A stretch of 64,000 nucleotides of DNA from Candidatus Levyibacteriota bacterium. Lineage in GTDB: Bacteria; Patescibacteriota; Microgenomatia; Levybacterales; UBA12049. The stretch is from positions 312,012 through 376,011 of the forward strand of contig JAJDCG010000001.1 in NCBI GenBank assembly GCA_029260965.1, written 5' to 3'. Shown here one piece after another: positions 37,818 to 47,363 of the stretch. How positions within the stretch are numbered: position 1 is the stretch's first letter; each line of letters begins with the position of its first letter. The notes below the pieces were generated by a model. It made no database searches. It had not been told where the DNA came from and saw nothing but the letters and a program-made list of their open reading frames with translations. The translations under genes and the position numbers were made by a program.

Positions 37818-39011
37818 TTAGTTGACATAGTTCACGTGGAGGTAGAGAGTATCCAAATCACCCTCGTCGTGATCAACTCTAACATAGCGCAGTCTGCAGC
37901 CTCCTCCGCCTGTGTAGCTTCCTTGATAGAGGGTTCCTGATTTTACGGCTCTTACCACAGCTGATCCATAGACGTCTATTCCGTTATGGAATGAATAGAT
38001 GCCTGATATTGCTGCAAATCCAGTATTTCCATAACCCTGATAGTATTCAATGGTTCCTGATAGTGGCCAGTCCCAGCTGCCTGATGCTGTCCAGGGATCG
38101 TTTGTATAGCTGTTGTGCCCAGTGTCTTTCAGGTGGTTAAATGGATTTTCTGTACCACCCCCACGTAGCACAGTGAAGTGGAGATGGGTGCCTGTTGAGT
38201 TGCATGACGCACCTTGTATTATAGAAGCGATTGCATCACCTTGGTTGACGTGTCCTATTTTTCCTTCAGTGCCTTGTCCAGAGATGACTCCCTGAACAGC
38301 AAGGTATTCTGCTTTTGCCTCTGCAAGAAGAGCCTGATATCTTTCTTCAGATCCTTTGGTTTGCTCGAGGAGGTTTTCTTTGTTTTCCCGCTCTTTATCC
38401 AGTTGAGTATTATATTCTTCTAGTTGTGTTTGTAAGCCCTCTATTTTTGCTTTCTTGTCCTCAAATATATTTTTCTGATTGGCATAGTCATTTTTCGCTT
38501 GCTGGGCGTTGTACATGAGTTTTTTATCGTGTTCTTGTACTAGTTTGAGATAGGTTGATTTGGTAAAAAGATTATCAACATCACCTGCTGCTGCCAATAT
38601 GTGAAGTGGTCCTACGTCACCTGCTTTGTATGTCGCGATAATTCTATTGACAAGTACTTCGCTGATATCATCCAGTGATGCCTCTAGTTTATCGACGCGT
38701 TTAGTTGCAGAGTCTATATCAAGTGTAAGTTCCATAATTTCTGCCTTTGTTGCATCCATGCGTGCTTCGGTAAGCTTGATCTGATTATCCATCACGCCTA
38801 TTTGAGAGGAGAGAGAATTTTCCTGTGATTTAAGCTCTGCAATTTTTGATTCGTATTCTGCTATTTTATTGCCAAGCTCTTGAGTGTTAGAAGAATTAGG
38901 TTTTGGGGTAGGGGTGGGTGTTGTTTGTGCATAAACAAATACACTCCCAAAAATTAAAAAAAGTGCAATAGTAAATATGGTTTTGAACATTTTTTTTCTT
39001 AGGATTTTCAT
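37818..39011 (-). CDS. Coiled-coil + M23 peptidase (FtsEX-associated hydrolase), permuted motif order
   Basis: Signal peptide, long coiled coil, STGTHLHF then HNGID then YLH. Confidence 0.85.
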   Translation of the reverse strand: MKILRKKMFKTIFTIALFLIFGSVFVYAQTTPTPTPKPNSSNTQELGNKIAEYESKIAELKSQENSLSSQIGVMDNQIKLTEARMDATKAEIMELTLDIDSATKRVDKLEASLDDISEVLVNRIIATYKAGDVGPLHILAAAGDVDNLFTKSTYLKLVQEHDKKLMYNAQQAKNDYANQKNIFEDKKAKIEGLQTQLEEYNTQLDKERENKENLLEQTKGSEERYQALLAEAKAEYLAVQGVISGQGTEGKIGHVNQGDAIASIIQGASCNSTGTHLHFTVLRGGGTENPFNHLKDTGHNSYTNDPWTASGSWDWPLSGTIEYYQGYGNTGFAAISGIYSFHNGIDVYGSAVVRAVKSGTLYQGSYTGGGGCRLRYVRVDHDEGDLDTLYLHVNYVN

Positions 39012-39027
39012 AGGCAGGAAAGTATAT

Positions 39028-39900
39028 CTATTTTACTTTAAGATAGCGACGGACTGCAAGTGAAGAGGCAACAACTCCAAGTGCTGTTGCGATTATTAGT
39101 TCAACAAAAAGGAGAAGTATGAGAAAAACAGGCGATACAGGAAGAATAGAAATTCCTTTCAAAAAACTTTCGAGAAATGGAGTTGCAAGGAGTAAGCCAA
39201 CTGACGCTATTGTCCAGCCTATGACTGTGCCTGCTATGCCGTAAAATATACCCTCGAGGACAAATGGAAGTCTTATGTACCAGTCGGTTGCTGAAAGAAG
39301 CTTCATGATTTCGATTTCGTCTTTTTTCTGAGAAACCTTAAAGCCTATGATTATCATCATTATAAATATAGAAACAACCGTCAGTATAATAACGATGGTT
39401 ACGCCAATTACGCGAATTGCATTCGTCCAGTTAGAGAGCGTATCTACAATGTCGCGTTGATAAACAACTTCAGAAATAATGGGTGATCCTTTTAGTGTTT
39501 CAGAAATTTCAGTCAGATCCTCGATTTCGTAAGTTGATATTTCCAGAGATGCAGGCAGTATGTCCTCTGTGACCAGATCCAAGAGGAGGCGATCATCTTT
39601 ATTTTGCTCTTCATATATTTGTAGAGCCTGGGACTTGGTTACAAATCTGGTTCTTGATACTTTGCCTGTTTGTTTTAGATTTTCCTCGAGCTTGGCAATT
39701 TCTTCAGGTTTTGCTTCGTCTTTAAAAAATGCAGTTGCTTGAGGTTTTGACTCAAAATGCTTGATGATGGCGGATGATCCAAAAATCAAAAAAGTAAAAA
39801 CCGAAACAGTCAAAAATGTAAGCACCATGATGGTTACAGCAGCAAGTGCTTGATGCGGGGTGCGTCTGATGTGTTTCCAGCTTTCCCTAGCGTGTTTCAT
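39028..39900 (-). CDS. ftsX: Cell division permease FtsX
   Basis: 4 TM, LPASLEI, EIEIMKLL.AT.WYIRLPFVLEG. Confidence 0.93.
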   Translation of the reverse strand: MKHARESWKHIRRTPHQALAAVTIMVLTFLTVSVFTFLIFGSSAIIKHFESKPQATAFFKDEAKPEEIAKLEENLKQTGKVSRTRFVTKSQALQIYEEQNKDDRLLLDLVTEDILPASLEISTYEIEDLTEISETLKGSPIISEVVYQRDIVDTLSNWTNAIRVIGVTIVIILTVVSIFIMMIIIGFKVSQKKDEIEIMKLLSATDWYIRLPFVLEGIFYGIAGTVIGWTIASVGLLLATPFLESFLKGISILPVSPVFLILLLFVELIIATALGVVASSLAVRRYLKVK

Positions 39901-40631
39901 TTTTCCTCCTCCTTTTTATCAGGTTCTTTTTTGTCTTCATGTTTATCTTGTTCTTTTGTTTCTTTACTTTTTTTATTATCGTTTATGAGTTTGCCTTTCT
40001 CAAGTACTAGAACACGCTTGAGGAGATTGTTTATTATGTCTGTGTTGTGAGTTGCCATGAGAATGGTCGTTCCTGATTTATTGATGTCTTGAAGTAGTTT
40101 CACAATTTCCCATGACGTAGTAGTGTCCAGATTTCCTGTTGGTTCATCCGCAAGCAGAATCTCAGGTGAGAAAACAAGCGCTCTTGCTATTGCAGCTCGC
40201 TGAAGCTCTCCACCTGAGAGCTGGATAGGAAACTTGTCCCTGTGCTCTGCGATTCCGACTTGTTCCAGTATCGCATCTACTTTTTGGGTTGTTTCACTTT
40301 CTGCTACGCCTGCAACTTCAAGAGGGAGTAATATGTTTTCGAAAATTGTGCGGTCACGGAGAAGTTTTAGATCCTGGAAAACAACACCTATACTTTTTCT
40401 TAGGTTTGGGATATGCCTGTCTGTTAATTTTCCGATATTCCAGGCGCCAATATGGATTTCTCCTGAGGTTGGTTTCATTTCTCGTGTGATGAGACGAAAA
40501 AGAGTAGTTTTGCCAGAACCTGACGGCCCCACGAGAAAGACAAACTCACCCTTGTCGATTGAAAACGTTACTTCAGATAGGGCAGTTGTACCAGTTGGAA
40601 ATTCTTTGGTGACATTATCAAGTCGTATCAT
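39897..40631 (-). CDS. ftsE: Cell division ATPase FtsE
   Basis: GEFVFLVGPSGSGKT, IGVVFQD.KLL, LSGGE, ADEPTGNLD. Confidence 0.95.
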   Translation of the reverse strand: MIRLDNVTKEFPTGTTALSEVTFSIDKGEFVFLVGPSGSGKTTLFRLITREMKPTSGEIHIGAWNIGKLTDRHIPNLRKSIGVVFQDLKLLRDRTIFENILLPLEVAGVAESETTQKVDAILEQVGIAEHRDKFPIQLSGGELQRAAIARALVFSPEILLADEPTGNLDTTTSWEIVKLLQDINKSGTTILMATHNTDIINNLLKRVLVLEKGKLINDNKKSKETKEQDKHEDKKEPDKKEEEK

Positions 40632-41107
40632 TCTAGCACTTCAATTCGTCCAACATCCATAAGCCATCCCGCTGTTTGAGCAGCCTGTGTCTGGCCCCAG
40701 ACTTTTATTTTCTTTCCTACTACCTTTGAAAGATCAACTGTTGATGATGTCATATAGACGTTTTGTGACTCTCCGCCCGACCTGACCAGATGATATGCTC
40801 CTTCTCCCTCGATGCCTCCTTCATTCACTACGCCCTCTGCCGTATCTGAAAAAGTGTCAGTATCGTCAGATCCTATGATGTCGCCTTTTTGGGGGTTGTT
40901 TGCGCTGGGTAGTGCGGCAATAGGTTTGTTGCCAGGAGTTGTAGAATATTTGGCGAGTGCAAATCCCGTGCCTACTCCAAGACCAATTACGACTATAAAT
41001 AGAATTGCCAATTTTTTCATGTTTTTGCTTGATGTGTCATCTTTGAAGCTATGCATGACTTCTTCACTTTTTGGTGTCTCTGAAGTAGTTTTTTCTTCTT
41101 TTTCCAT
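40628..41107 (-). CDS. Hypothetical single-TM protein upstream of ftsE
   Basis: TM then small beta-type domain; ATGA overlap with ftsE; start moved to ATG 41107. Confidence 0.75.
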   Translation of the reverse strand: MEKEEKTTSETPKSEEVMHSFKDDTSSKNMKKLAILFIVVIGLGVGTGFALAKYSTTPGNKPIAALPSANNPQKGDIIGSDDTDTFSDTAEGVVNEGGIEGEGAYHLVRSGGESQNVYMTSSTVDLSKVVGKKIKVWGQTQAAQTAGWLMDVGRIEVLE

Positions 41108-41177
41108 ATAGTAAAGTACAGTAAGTATTGCACATTTTATATGGTTTGGCAACACTCTGTTATAATCCAGATTATAC

Positions 41178-41759
41178 ATGAAAAAAGACGTTGAAATAGC
41201 AGTTAAAACCCTCAATAAAGGAGGAGTAATCATCTTTCCGACAGATACAGCCTATGGCATAGGGTGTCGAATAGATAATTATGAAGCGGTTCGAAGATTG
41301 TTCAAAATCCGTAAAAGAGCGGAGAATAAGGCTGTGCCTGTCCTCGTTTCGAGTGTCGAAATGGCGCAAAAGTATCTGATGCCGATATCAAATGAGATTA
41401 AAGAAAAACTTATCTACAAATACTGGCCAGGTGCCTGCACAATAATACTTGACCGTAATAAGACCTATGTACCTGATTTGGTAAGCGGAGGTGGGAGTAC
41501 CTTGGGGGTGAGGATGCCAGATAATGATGTGATAATCAATATTATTGAAAATGTTGGCGTGCCAATTCTTGCTCCTTCCGCAAATTTTTCAGGAGAAAAG
41601 ACACCTTTTACTTTTGGAGAATTGGATCCTGAACTGGTAAAATTGGTTGATTATGTGATTTCGGGAGAGTGTAGCCTCAGGGAGGCCTCGACCGTAATTG
41701 ACTGCAGTCTTTGGCCTTGGAAGATATTAAGACAAGGAGGCATCAAGCTCAGTCTTTAA
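41178..41759 (+). CDS. tsaC: L-threonylcarbamoyladenylate synthase (YrdC/Sua5)
   Basis: PTDTAYGIG, K.R...K, YWPG, GVRMP, PSANFSG, ST. Confidence 0.95.
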   Translation: MKKDVEIAVKTLNKGGVIIFPTDTAYGIGCRIDNYEAVRRLFKIRKRAENKAVPVLVSSVEMAQKYLMPISNEIKEKLIYKYWPGACTIILDRNKTYVPDLVSGGGSTLGVRMPDNDVIINIIENVGVPILAPSANFSGEKTPFTFGELDPELVKLVDYVISGECSLREASTVIDCSLWPWKILRQGGIKLSL

Positions 41760-41780
41760 TATTAAGAATAAAATATCAGT

Positions 41781-42089
41781 ATGAATATTCTAAAAATTGA
41801 CACTTCAAGCAATAGTGAGGTTATCGTGGGTTTGAAAATAGGAGATAAAGAGTTTATAAAAAAAAAGCCTCTAGATTATAGAAAGGCACAGGCAGTTCTT
41901 CCGATGGTTGAGAGCATCCTGAAACAGCATAAAATTGAATTAAAAAATCTCGATGGAATTGAGGTTAAAAAGGGTCCAGGGTCTTTTACGGGACTAAGAG
42001 TTGGGGTGGCTGTAGCAAATGCTTTAGGATATTTATTGGACATTCCGGTGAATGAAAAAAAGATAATCATAGAGCCATCATATAAATGA
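41781..42089 (+). CDS. tsaB: Minimal TsaB (N-terminal domain only)
   Basis: IDTSS, GPGSFTGLRVG..VANAL; 102 aa. Confidence 0.88.
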   Translation: MNILKIDTSSNSEVIVGLKIGDKEFIKKKPLDYRKAQAVLPMVESILKQHKIELKNLDGIEVKKGPGSFTGLRVGVAVANALGYLLDIPVNEKKIIIEPSYK

Positions 42090-42144
42090 TTTATGACGGT
42101 TTGGTTATGGGTATTTGTTATAAATAATTTGTTATACTATTTTT

Positions 42145-43053
42145 ATGATTAAATTTTTGAAGCATTATTTTGTTCCACACAGCTCCAATGATCATCGTGC
42201 CCGAATTCTACATCCTAGTTTTCTTTCATTTTTCATTGTAGTTTTGCTAAGCTTGCTTATTGTTGCTCCCCATATCAAGCAGGCTTATCCAGCGGTTTTA
42301 GGTGTATCAACGAATATCTCTATTAACGAGCTGGTTGATTATACAAATCAAAAGAGGTCTGAGAATGGACTACCTTCACTTAGTCTCAGTAGCCAGCTTT
42401 CATCTGCTGCGTCAGGCAAAGCTATGGATATGTTCACCAACAATTATTGGGCTCATGTATCACCGAGTGGAACTACTCCATGGTTCTTTATAAGAAACGC
42501 AGGTTATAATTATGTTTACGCTGGAGAAAATCTCGCACGAGGATTTGACAATGCATCAGACATAGTTAATGCATGGATGGCAAGTCCATCTCATCGAGAA
42601 AATATCTTGTCAGGTAATTATAGTGAGGTGGGTTTTGCAGTTCAGGATGGTAGTCTGACGGGATCAGATACTATTTTGGTAGTTCAGATGTTCGGTTCTC
42701 AAAACAGTACCAATGTTGCACAGGGGGGCGTGTCAGATGATGTCCAAGCCTCAGTTGTTGAGACGGAAATAACTCCTGTCCCAACTGGTGTGCCAGTTGC
42801 AAGTGCTCCAGAATCTACGAATGCTCAAGGAGTGGCAGCCCTGACAAGTCAACCATTAGTAGATAGTAGCTTAGCCACTCGTAATATCTCACTATTTATA
42901 ATGATGCTTTTGATTGTTGTATTGGCGGTTGAGCTAGTTGTTATTGATAGAAAAAAGATAGAGAGAATAGTTTCGCATAATTTGGATCATATAATATTCC
43001 TGGTAATTATTGTGATAGCTGCTATAATAATCGGTGGAGGGTCTGTACTGTAA
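42145..43053 (+). CDS. CAP/SCP domain membrane protein
   Basis: TNQKR, KAMDM..NYWAH.SP, AGENLA, AWMASPSHRENIL. Confidence 0.92.
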   Translation: MIKFLKHYFVPHSSNDHRARILHPSFLSFFIVVLLSLLIVAPHIKQAYPAVLGVSTNISINELVDYTNQKRSENGLPSLSLSSQLSSAASGKAMDMFTNNYWAHVSPSGTTPWFFIRNAGYNYVYAGENLARGFDNASDIVNAWMASPSHRENILSGNYSEVGFAVQDGSLTGSDTILVVQMFGSQNSTNVAQGGVSDDVQASVVETEITPVPTGVPVASAPESTNAQGVAALTSQPLVDSSLATRNISLFIMMLLIVVLAVELVVIDRKKIERIVSHNLDHIIFLVIIVIAAIIIGGGSVL

Positions 43054-43304
43054 TGTCAAGCATAAAGGAACACAGAGCATATTATATTTTTTTTACCTTA
43101 ATACAGATTCTTGGTTTGGTTATTCTCTTGACAGCGCCTAATCAGAAAATACAACTGACTGCAATACTTCTTATGGCTTTTTCATATTTTGTATTTGCTA
43201 TAGCACATCATATGATGAATCATGACTTAACAGCTAAAATTGTTGTAGAATATGCATTGTTCGCAAGTATCGGATTGGCAGTCGTGATGCTGTTACTTAG
43301 ATAA
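43053..43304 (+). CDS. Small 3-TM membrane protein
   Basis: 83-aa hydrophobic ORF coupled by TAATG overlap. Confidence 0.75.
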   Translation: MSSIKEHRAYYIFFTLIQILGLVILLTAPNQKIQLTAILLMAFSYFVFAIAHHMMNHDLTAKIVVEYALFASIGLAVVMLLLR

Positions 43305-43310
43305 ATTATT

Positions 43311-44051
43311 ATGAAAGGAGTTATATTAGCAGGAGGGTTGGCAACAAGACTGAGGCCTCTGACGCTTGTTACAAATAAGCATTTGCTTCCAATTTATAAT
43401 AAGCCGATGATTTATTATCCGCTTGAAGCGATGGTAAAAGCAGGCATAAAAGAAGTGCTTGTTACATCATCGCCTGATCATGCTGGACATTTTGCCAATC
43501 TGTTGGGATCTGGAGAAGATTTTGGTCTTAAGCTCTACTATGCAGTGCAGGAGAATCCCAAAGGGGGCATTTCTGATGCGATAATTCTGGCTGATGAATT
43601 TGCAAAAGATGAAAAAATATTGGTACTGTTGGGAGACAATATATTTGGTTTTGATTTAAGAGAATCAGTTGAAATGTTTGAAAAGAGAGAGAAGGGAGCA
43701 ATGACTTTTGGAATCGAGATGCCAACAGAGTCAAAGCAATACGGTGTAATTGAGAAAGATTTAGATGATAATGTGATATCAATTGAAGAAAAGCCTGAAA
43801 ACCCTAAATCAAATATAGCTCAAACCGGAATTTATATGTACGACAACAGGGTTTTTAGTTTTATAAAAGACCTATCTCCATCCCAGAGAGGTGAGCTGGA
43901 GGTAACAGATCTTAATAATTTTTACGTCAAAGAAGGGACTATGAAATGCGAGATGATAGATTGGTGGATTGATGCAGGAACATCATTTGACGAGCTTCTC
44001 CGTGCTAATAAAATGGTTGCAGAAAAAGTAAAATCAGGAGAACTTCAATAA
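43311..44051 (+). CDS. rfbA: Glucose-1-phosphate thymidylyltransferase
   Basis: GVILAGGLATRLRPLT, KHLLPIYNKPMIYYP, EKP, S.RGELEVTD. Confidence 0.92.
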   Translation: MKGVILAGGLATRLRPLTLVTNKHLLPIYNKPMIYYPLEAMVKAGIKEVLVTSSPDHAGHFANLLGSGEDFGLKLYYAVQENPKGGISDAIILADEFAKDEKILVLLGDNIFGFDLRESVEMFEKREKGAMTFGIEMPTESKQYGVIEKDLDDNVISIEEKPENPKSNIAQTGIYMYDNRVFSFIKDLSPSQRGELEVTDLNNFYVKEGTMKCEMIDWWIDAGTSFDELLRANKMVAEKVKSGELQ

Positions 44052-44052
44052 T

Positions 44053-45066
44053 ATGAAACTTCTTGTTACCGGTGGGGCGGGTTTTATTGGCTCCAATTTT
44101 ATTCTTTATTGGATGAAGGAACATCCTCAAGATGTGATTGTTAATTTTGACAAACTTACTTATGCTGGGAATCTAGAAAATCTCAAAGAAGTCGAAAAAA
44201 ATCCAAATTACAGTTTTATTCATGGAGATGTTTGTGATCCCGAGGCAGTTGATGGTGCAATGCGGGGAGTAGATATTGTAGTTCATTTTGCAGCCGAGAC
44301 ACATGTTGATAGGTCGATCACTGGCCCTGCAGTATTTGTAATGACAAACGTTGTGGGAACGCAGGTGCTTTTGGATGCAGCAGTGAAAAATGCTGTCAAA
44401 AGGTTCCATCATGTTTCAACTGATGAAGTTTTTGGATCACTTGATCTAGATGATACGAATAAATTTAGTGAACGAACAAATTATAACCCCAGAAGTCCAT
44501 ATTCGGCAAGCAAAGCTGGATCCGATCATTTGGTTAGATCTTATTTTATTACTTATGGTTTGCCCATTACCATTACAAATTGTTCTAATAATTTTGGACC
44601 ATATATGTTTCCTGAGAAATTGATTCCTCTTGCGATTACAAATGTATTGGAAAATAAGAAAATTCCTATTTATGGTGATGGGTTATATGTCAGGGATTGG
44701 TTATATGTTGAAGATCATGCGCGAGCAATTGATGTTGTTTTGAATAAGGGAAAAATAGGTGAAACATATCTTGTTGGTGGAATGACAGATCTTATCCCAA
44801 ATATTGAAATTGCCAAGAGAATACTTAAAATTTTAGGAAAAGATGAAAGCTATATAGAGTTTGTCAAAGACCGCCCAGGGCATGATAGAAAGTATGATGT
44901 TGATTGGTCAAAAATAAAAAAGGAGCTTGGGTGGAAACCACAACATAGCTTTGATGAATATTTAGAAAAAACTATTCAGTGGTATAAGAGTCACGAAGAA
45001 TGGTGGAAGAGAGTAAAGTCAGGTAAATATGAAGAGTATTACAAAAACCAATACGAATCTAAATAA
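44053..45066 (+). CDS. rfbB: dTDP-glucose 4,6-dehydratase
   Basis: TGGAGFIGSNF, DKLTYAGN, AAETHVDRSI, STDEV, YSASK. Confidence 0.97.
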   Translation: MKLLVTGGAGFIGSNFILYWMKEHPQDVIVNFDKLTYAGNLENLKEVEKNPNYSFIHGDVCDPEAVDGAMRGVDIVVHFAAETHVDRSITGPAVFVMTNVVGTQVLLDAAVKNAVKRFHHVSTDEVFGSLDLDDTNKFSERTNYNPRSPYSASKAGSDHLVRSYFITYGLPITITNCSNNFGPYMFPEKLIPLAITNVLENKKIPIYGDGLYVRDWLYVEDHARAIDVVLNKGKIGETYLVGGMTDLIPNIEIAKRILKILGKDESYIEFVKDRPGHDRKYDVDWSKIKKELGWKPQHSFDEYLEKTIQWYKSHEEWWKRVKSGKYEEYYKNQYESK

Positions 45067-45070
45067 CTTC

Positions 45071-45607
45071 ATGTCAAAATCAAGAATCATTTCAAAAGAT
45101 ATAGTTTTTCAGTCGAAAACATTTAGGATTGAGAAAACTAAATATAATAGAGAAGGAAAAATATTTATCAAGGATATTATCATTAGAAGTCCACACGTTA
45201 TAATAATTCCTTTGACAGATAATAATGAAATATATCTTGCTTCAGAATTCAGAGATATCTATCAAGAGGAAAAACTAGAGTTGATCGCTGGATATATGGA
45301 AGATGATGAGGACCCACTAGATGCTGCAAAAAGAGAACTAAAAGAGGAGGGTGGGCTTACAGCAGGTAAGTGGACTTTGCTTGGAACAAAACACACATCT
45401 GCAAATATGGATAGTAAGGTTCATATTTTCCTCGCAGAGGAAATAAAAGAGGGCGGTCAGACACTTGATGAAGATGAGCAGATAAGCTTGACTAAAGTAC
45501 CCCTAGGTGTTGCAGTGGATAAGGTAGTAAATGGAGAAATAGATATATTTTCTTATATTGCGACAATACTTCTTTTTGATAAGTTGAAAAAAGAAGATAG
45601 AGTTTGA
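45071..45607 (+). CDS. NUDIX hydrolase (ADP-ribose pyrophosphatase-like)
   Basis: AG.....ED....AKRELKEEGG Nudix box; start ATG 45071. Confidence 0.9.
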   Translation: MSKSRIISKDIVFQSKTFRIEKTKYNREGKIFIKDIIIRSPHVIIIPLTDNNEIYLASEFRDIYQEEKLELIAGYMEDDEDPLDAAKRELKEEGGLTAGKWTLLGTKHTSANMDSKVHIFLAEEIKEGGQTLDEDEQISLTKVPLGVAVDKVVNGEIDIFSYIATILLFDKLKKEDRV

Positions 45608-45610
45608 TCT

Positions 45611-46468
45611 ATGAAAAAAGTTTTTATAACAGGGGGGACTGGGATGGTTGGCTCAAGGATAATTGAGCTACTCGAAGATAAATACAAGTTTACAAATCTA
45701 AGTAGAGAAAGAGGTGTTGACATAGCTGATTTTCAGAGTCTGAAGATGGTCAGAGAAGACAGGGAGCATGATTTTTTTATTCATGTTGCGGCAAAAGCTG
45801 ATGTGGATGGATGTGAGAAAGATAAAAAGGATGGTGAAAGGGGAGATGCGTACAAAATCAATGTATTAGGAACAAAAAATGTAGCAGATGCCTGTTTGGC
45901 TGGTAAAAAAAAGCTTATATATATCTCTACCGATTTTGTATTTGATGGTGATATAGTGCCGGATGGAGGATACAAAGAAACAGATGTGCCATGTCCGATG
46001 AACTGGTACGCAGAGACAAAGTACAGAGGTGAAAAAGAGGTGGAGCAATCAGGTGTCCAATATGTTATTGCTCGAATATCGTATCCATACAGAAAAGAAT
46101 TTGATCCAAAAAAGGACTTTGCGAGGGCAATCAGAGATCGTCTGAAAGATGATAAATCAGTAATTGCAGTGACAGATCACATTATGACTCCGACTTTTAT
46201 TGATGATATTGCACGGGCCCTATATAAATTAGTTGAAAAAGACGCAAATGGAATATATCATGTCACTGGAGAACAAAGCCTTTCGCCATATGAAGCTGCG
46301 TTGATAATAGCGGATAGGTTTGGATTTGATAAAGGTTTGATTGGAAAAACAACAAGAGCTGAGTTTTTCAAAGGAAAAGCATACAGGCCATTTAATATGA
46401 CAATGAATAACAACAAGATAAAAAGTTTGGGTGTCCAAATGAGCAGGTTTGAAGATACACTTCAATAA
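45611..46468 (+). CDS. rfbD: dTDP-4-dehydrorhamnose reductase family
   Basis: TGGTGMVG, VDGCE, ISTDFVFDG, Y..TK. Confidence 0.9.
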   Translation: MKKVFITGGTGMVGSRIIELLEDKYKFTNLSRERGVDIADFQSLKMVREDREHDFFIHVAAKADVDGCEKDKKDGERGDAYKINVLGTKNVADACLAGKKKLIYISTDFVFDGDIVPDGGYKETDVPCPMNWYAETKYRGEKEVEQSGVQYVIARISYPYRKEFDPKKDFARAIRDRLKDDKSVIAVTDHIMTPTFIDDIARALYKLVEKDANGIYHVTGEQSLSPYEAALIIADRFGFDKGLIGKTTRAEFFKGKAYRPFNMTMNNNKIKSLGVQMSRFEDTLQ

Positions 46469-46470
46469 TA

Positions 46471-47349
46471 ATGAATAAACTAACTGTTGCCCTTGCAACT
46501 TACAATGAAGAATCCAATATCAAGGACTGTCTTGAGTCGGTAATGGGTTTGGCAGATGAAATCGTGATAGTTGATGGCAATTCAACAGATAAGACAGTTG
46601 GGATTGCGAGAGAATTTGGTGCAAGAATAGAATTAACTGACAATCCTAAAATTTTTCACATCAACAAACAAAAGGCACTGGATATGTCTGTAAACAATTG
46701 GGTGCTACAGCTTGATGCAGATGAACGCGTGACAAAGGATCTTGCTCATGAGATAAAAAAAATAATTCAATTGTCTGATAAAGAGATTGATGATTATGAG
46801 GCGAATATGGGTGGAGCAAAACTGTTCAGGAGACATCAGAAGCTCATCGAAGAAAGAGACGGGCAGATAGGTAAAAAAGACGGTCGATATGTCGCTTTTT
46901 TTATTCCGAGGTTAAATTATTTTCTTGGAAAATACCTAAGACATGGCGGTGTATATCCAGATGGGGTAATCAGGCTGGTAGATAGACGATACGCACACCT
47001 TCCCTGTGTTGATGTGCATGAGCAGTTTGTAATTGATGGTAGAGTCGGTTGGCTCAAAAATCCATTATTTCACATAGATTCTCCTACATTCTCGCGATAT
47101 TGGCAAAGAAATAATAGGTACACAGCTTTAATTGGAGATCAGATAAAAAATGAGAAAAAAAATTTACTAACACCTTTGAGATATCTGATCTTTTTTCCTC
47201 TGAGGTGGTTTTTGTTAACTTCCTTTCGTCATAAAGGTATACTTGATGGATGGAGGGGTATTTTGTTTGCTTTTTTTTCATCGCTCAGATTCCCAATTGG
47301 CTACATGAAGTATTTGAAAAGTTTTTTTTCAAATACTGTGTTAAAATAA
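46471..47349 (+). CDS. Glycosyltransferase family 2
   Basis: TYNEE, VDGNSTDKT, LDADE, VHE. Confidence 0.93.
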   Translation: MNKLTVALATYNEESNIKDCLESVMGLADEIVIVDGNSTDKTVGIAREFGARIELTDNPKIFHINKQKALDMSVNNWVLQLDADERVTKDLAHEIKKIIQLSDKEIDDYEANMGGAKLFRRHQKLIEERDGQIGKKDGRYVAFFIPRLNYFLGKYLRHGGVYPDGVIRLVDRRYAHLPCVDVHEQFVIDGRVGWLKNPLFHIDSPTFSRYWQRNNRYTALIGDQIKNEKKNLLTPLRYLIFFPLRWFLLTSFRHKGILDGWRGILFAFFSSLRFPIGYMKYLKSFFSNTVLK

Positions 47350-47363
47350 ATAATTATTAAATT

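Noticed and set aside
37187-37825. 212-aa Gly/Val-rich plus-strand ORF
   Set aside because: Antisense of the PT-repeat linker of the lamin-tail gene
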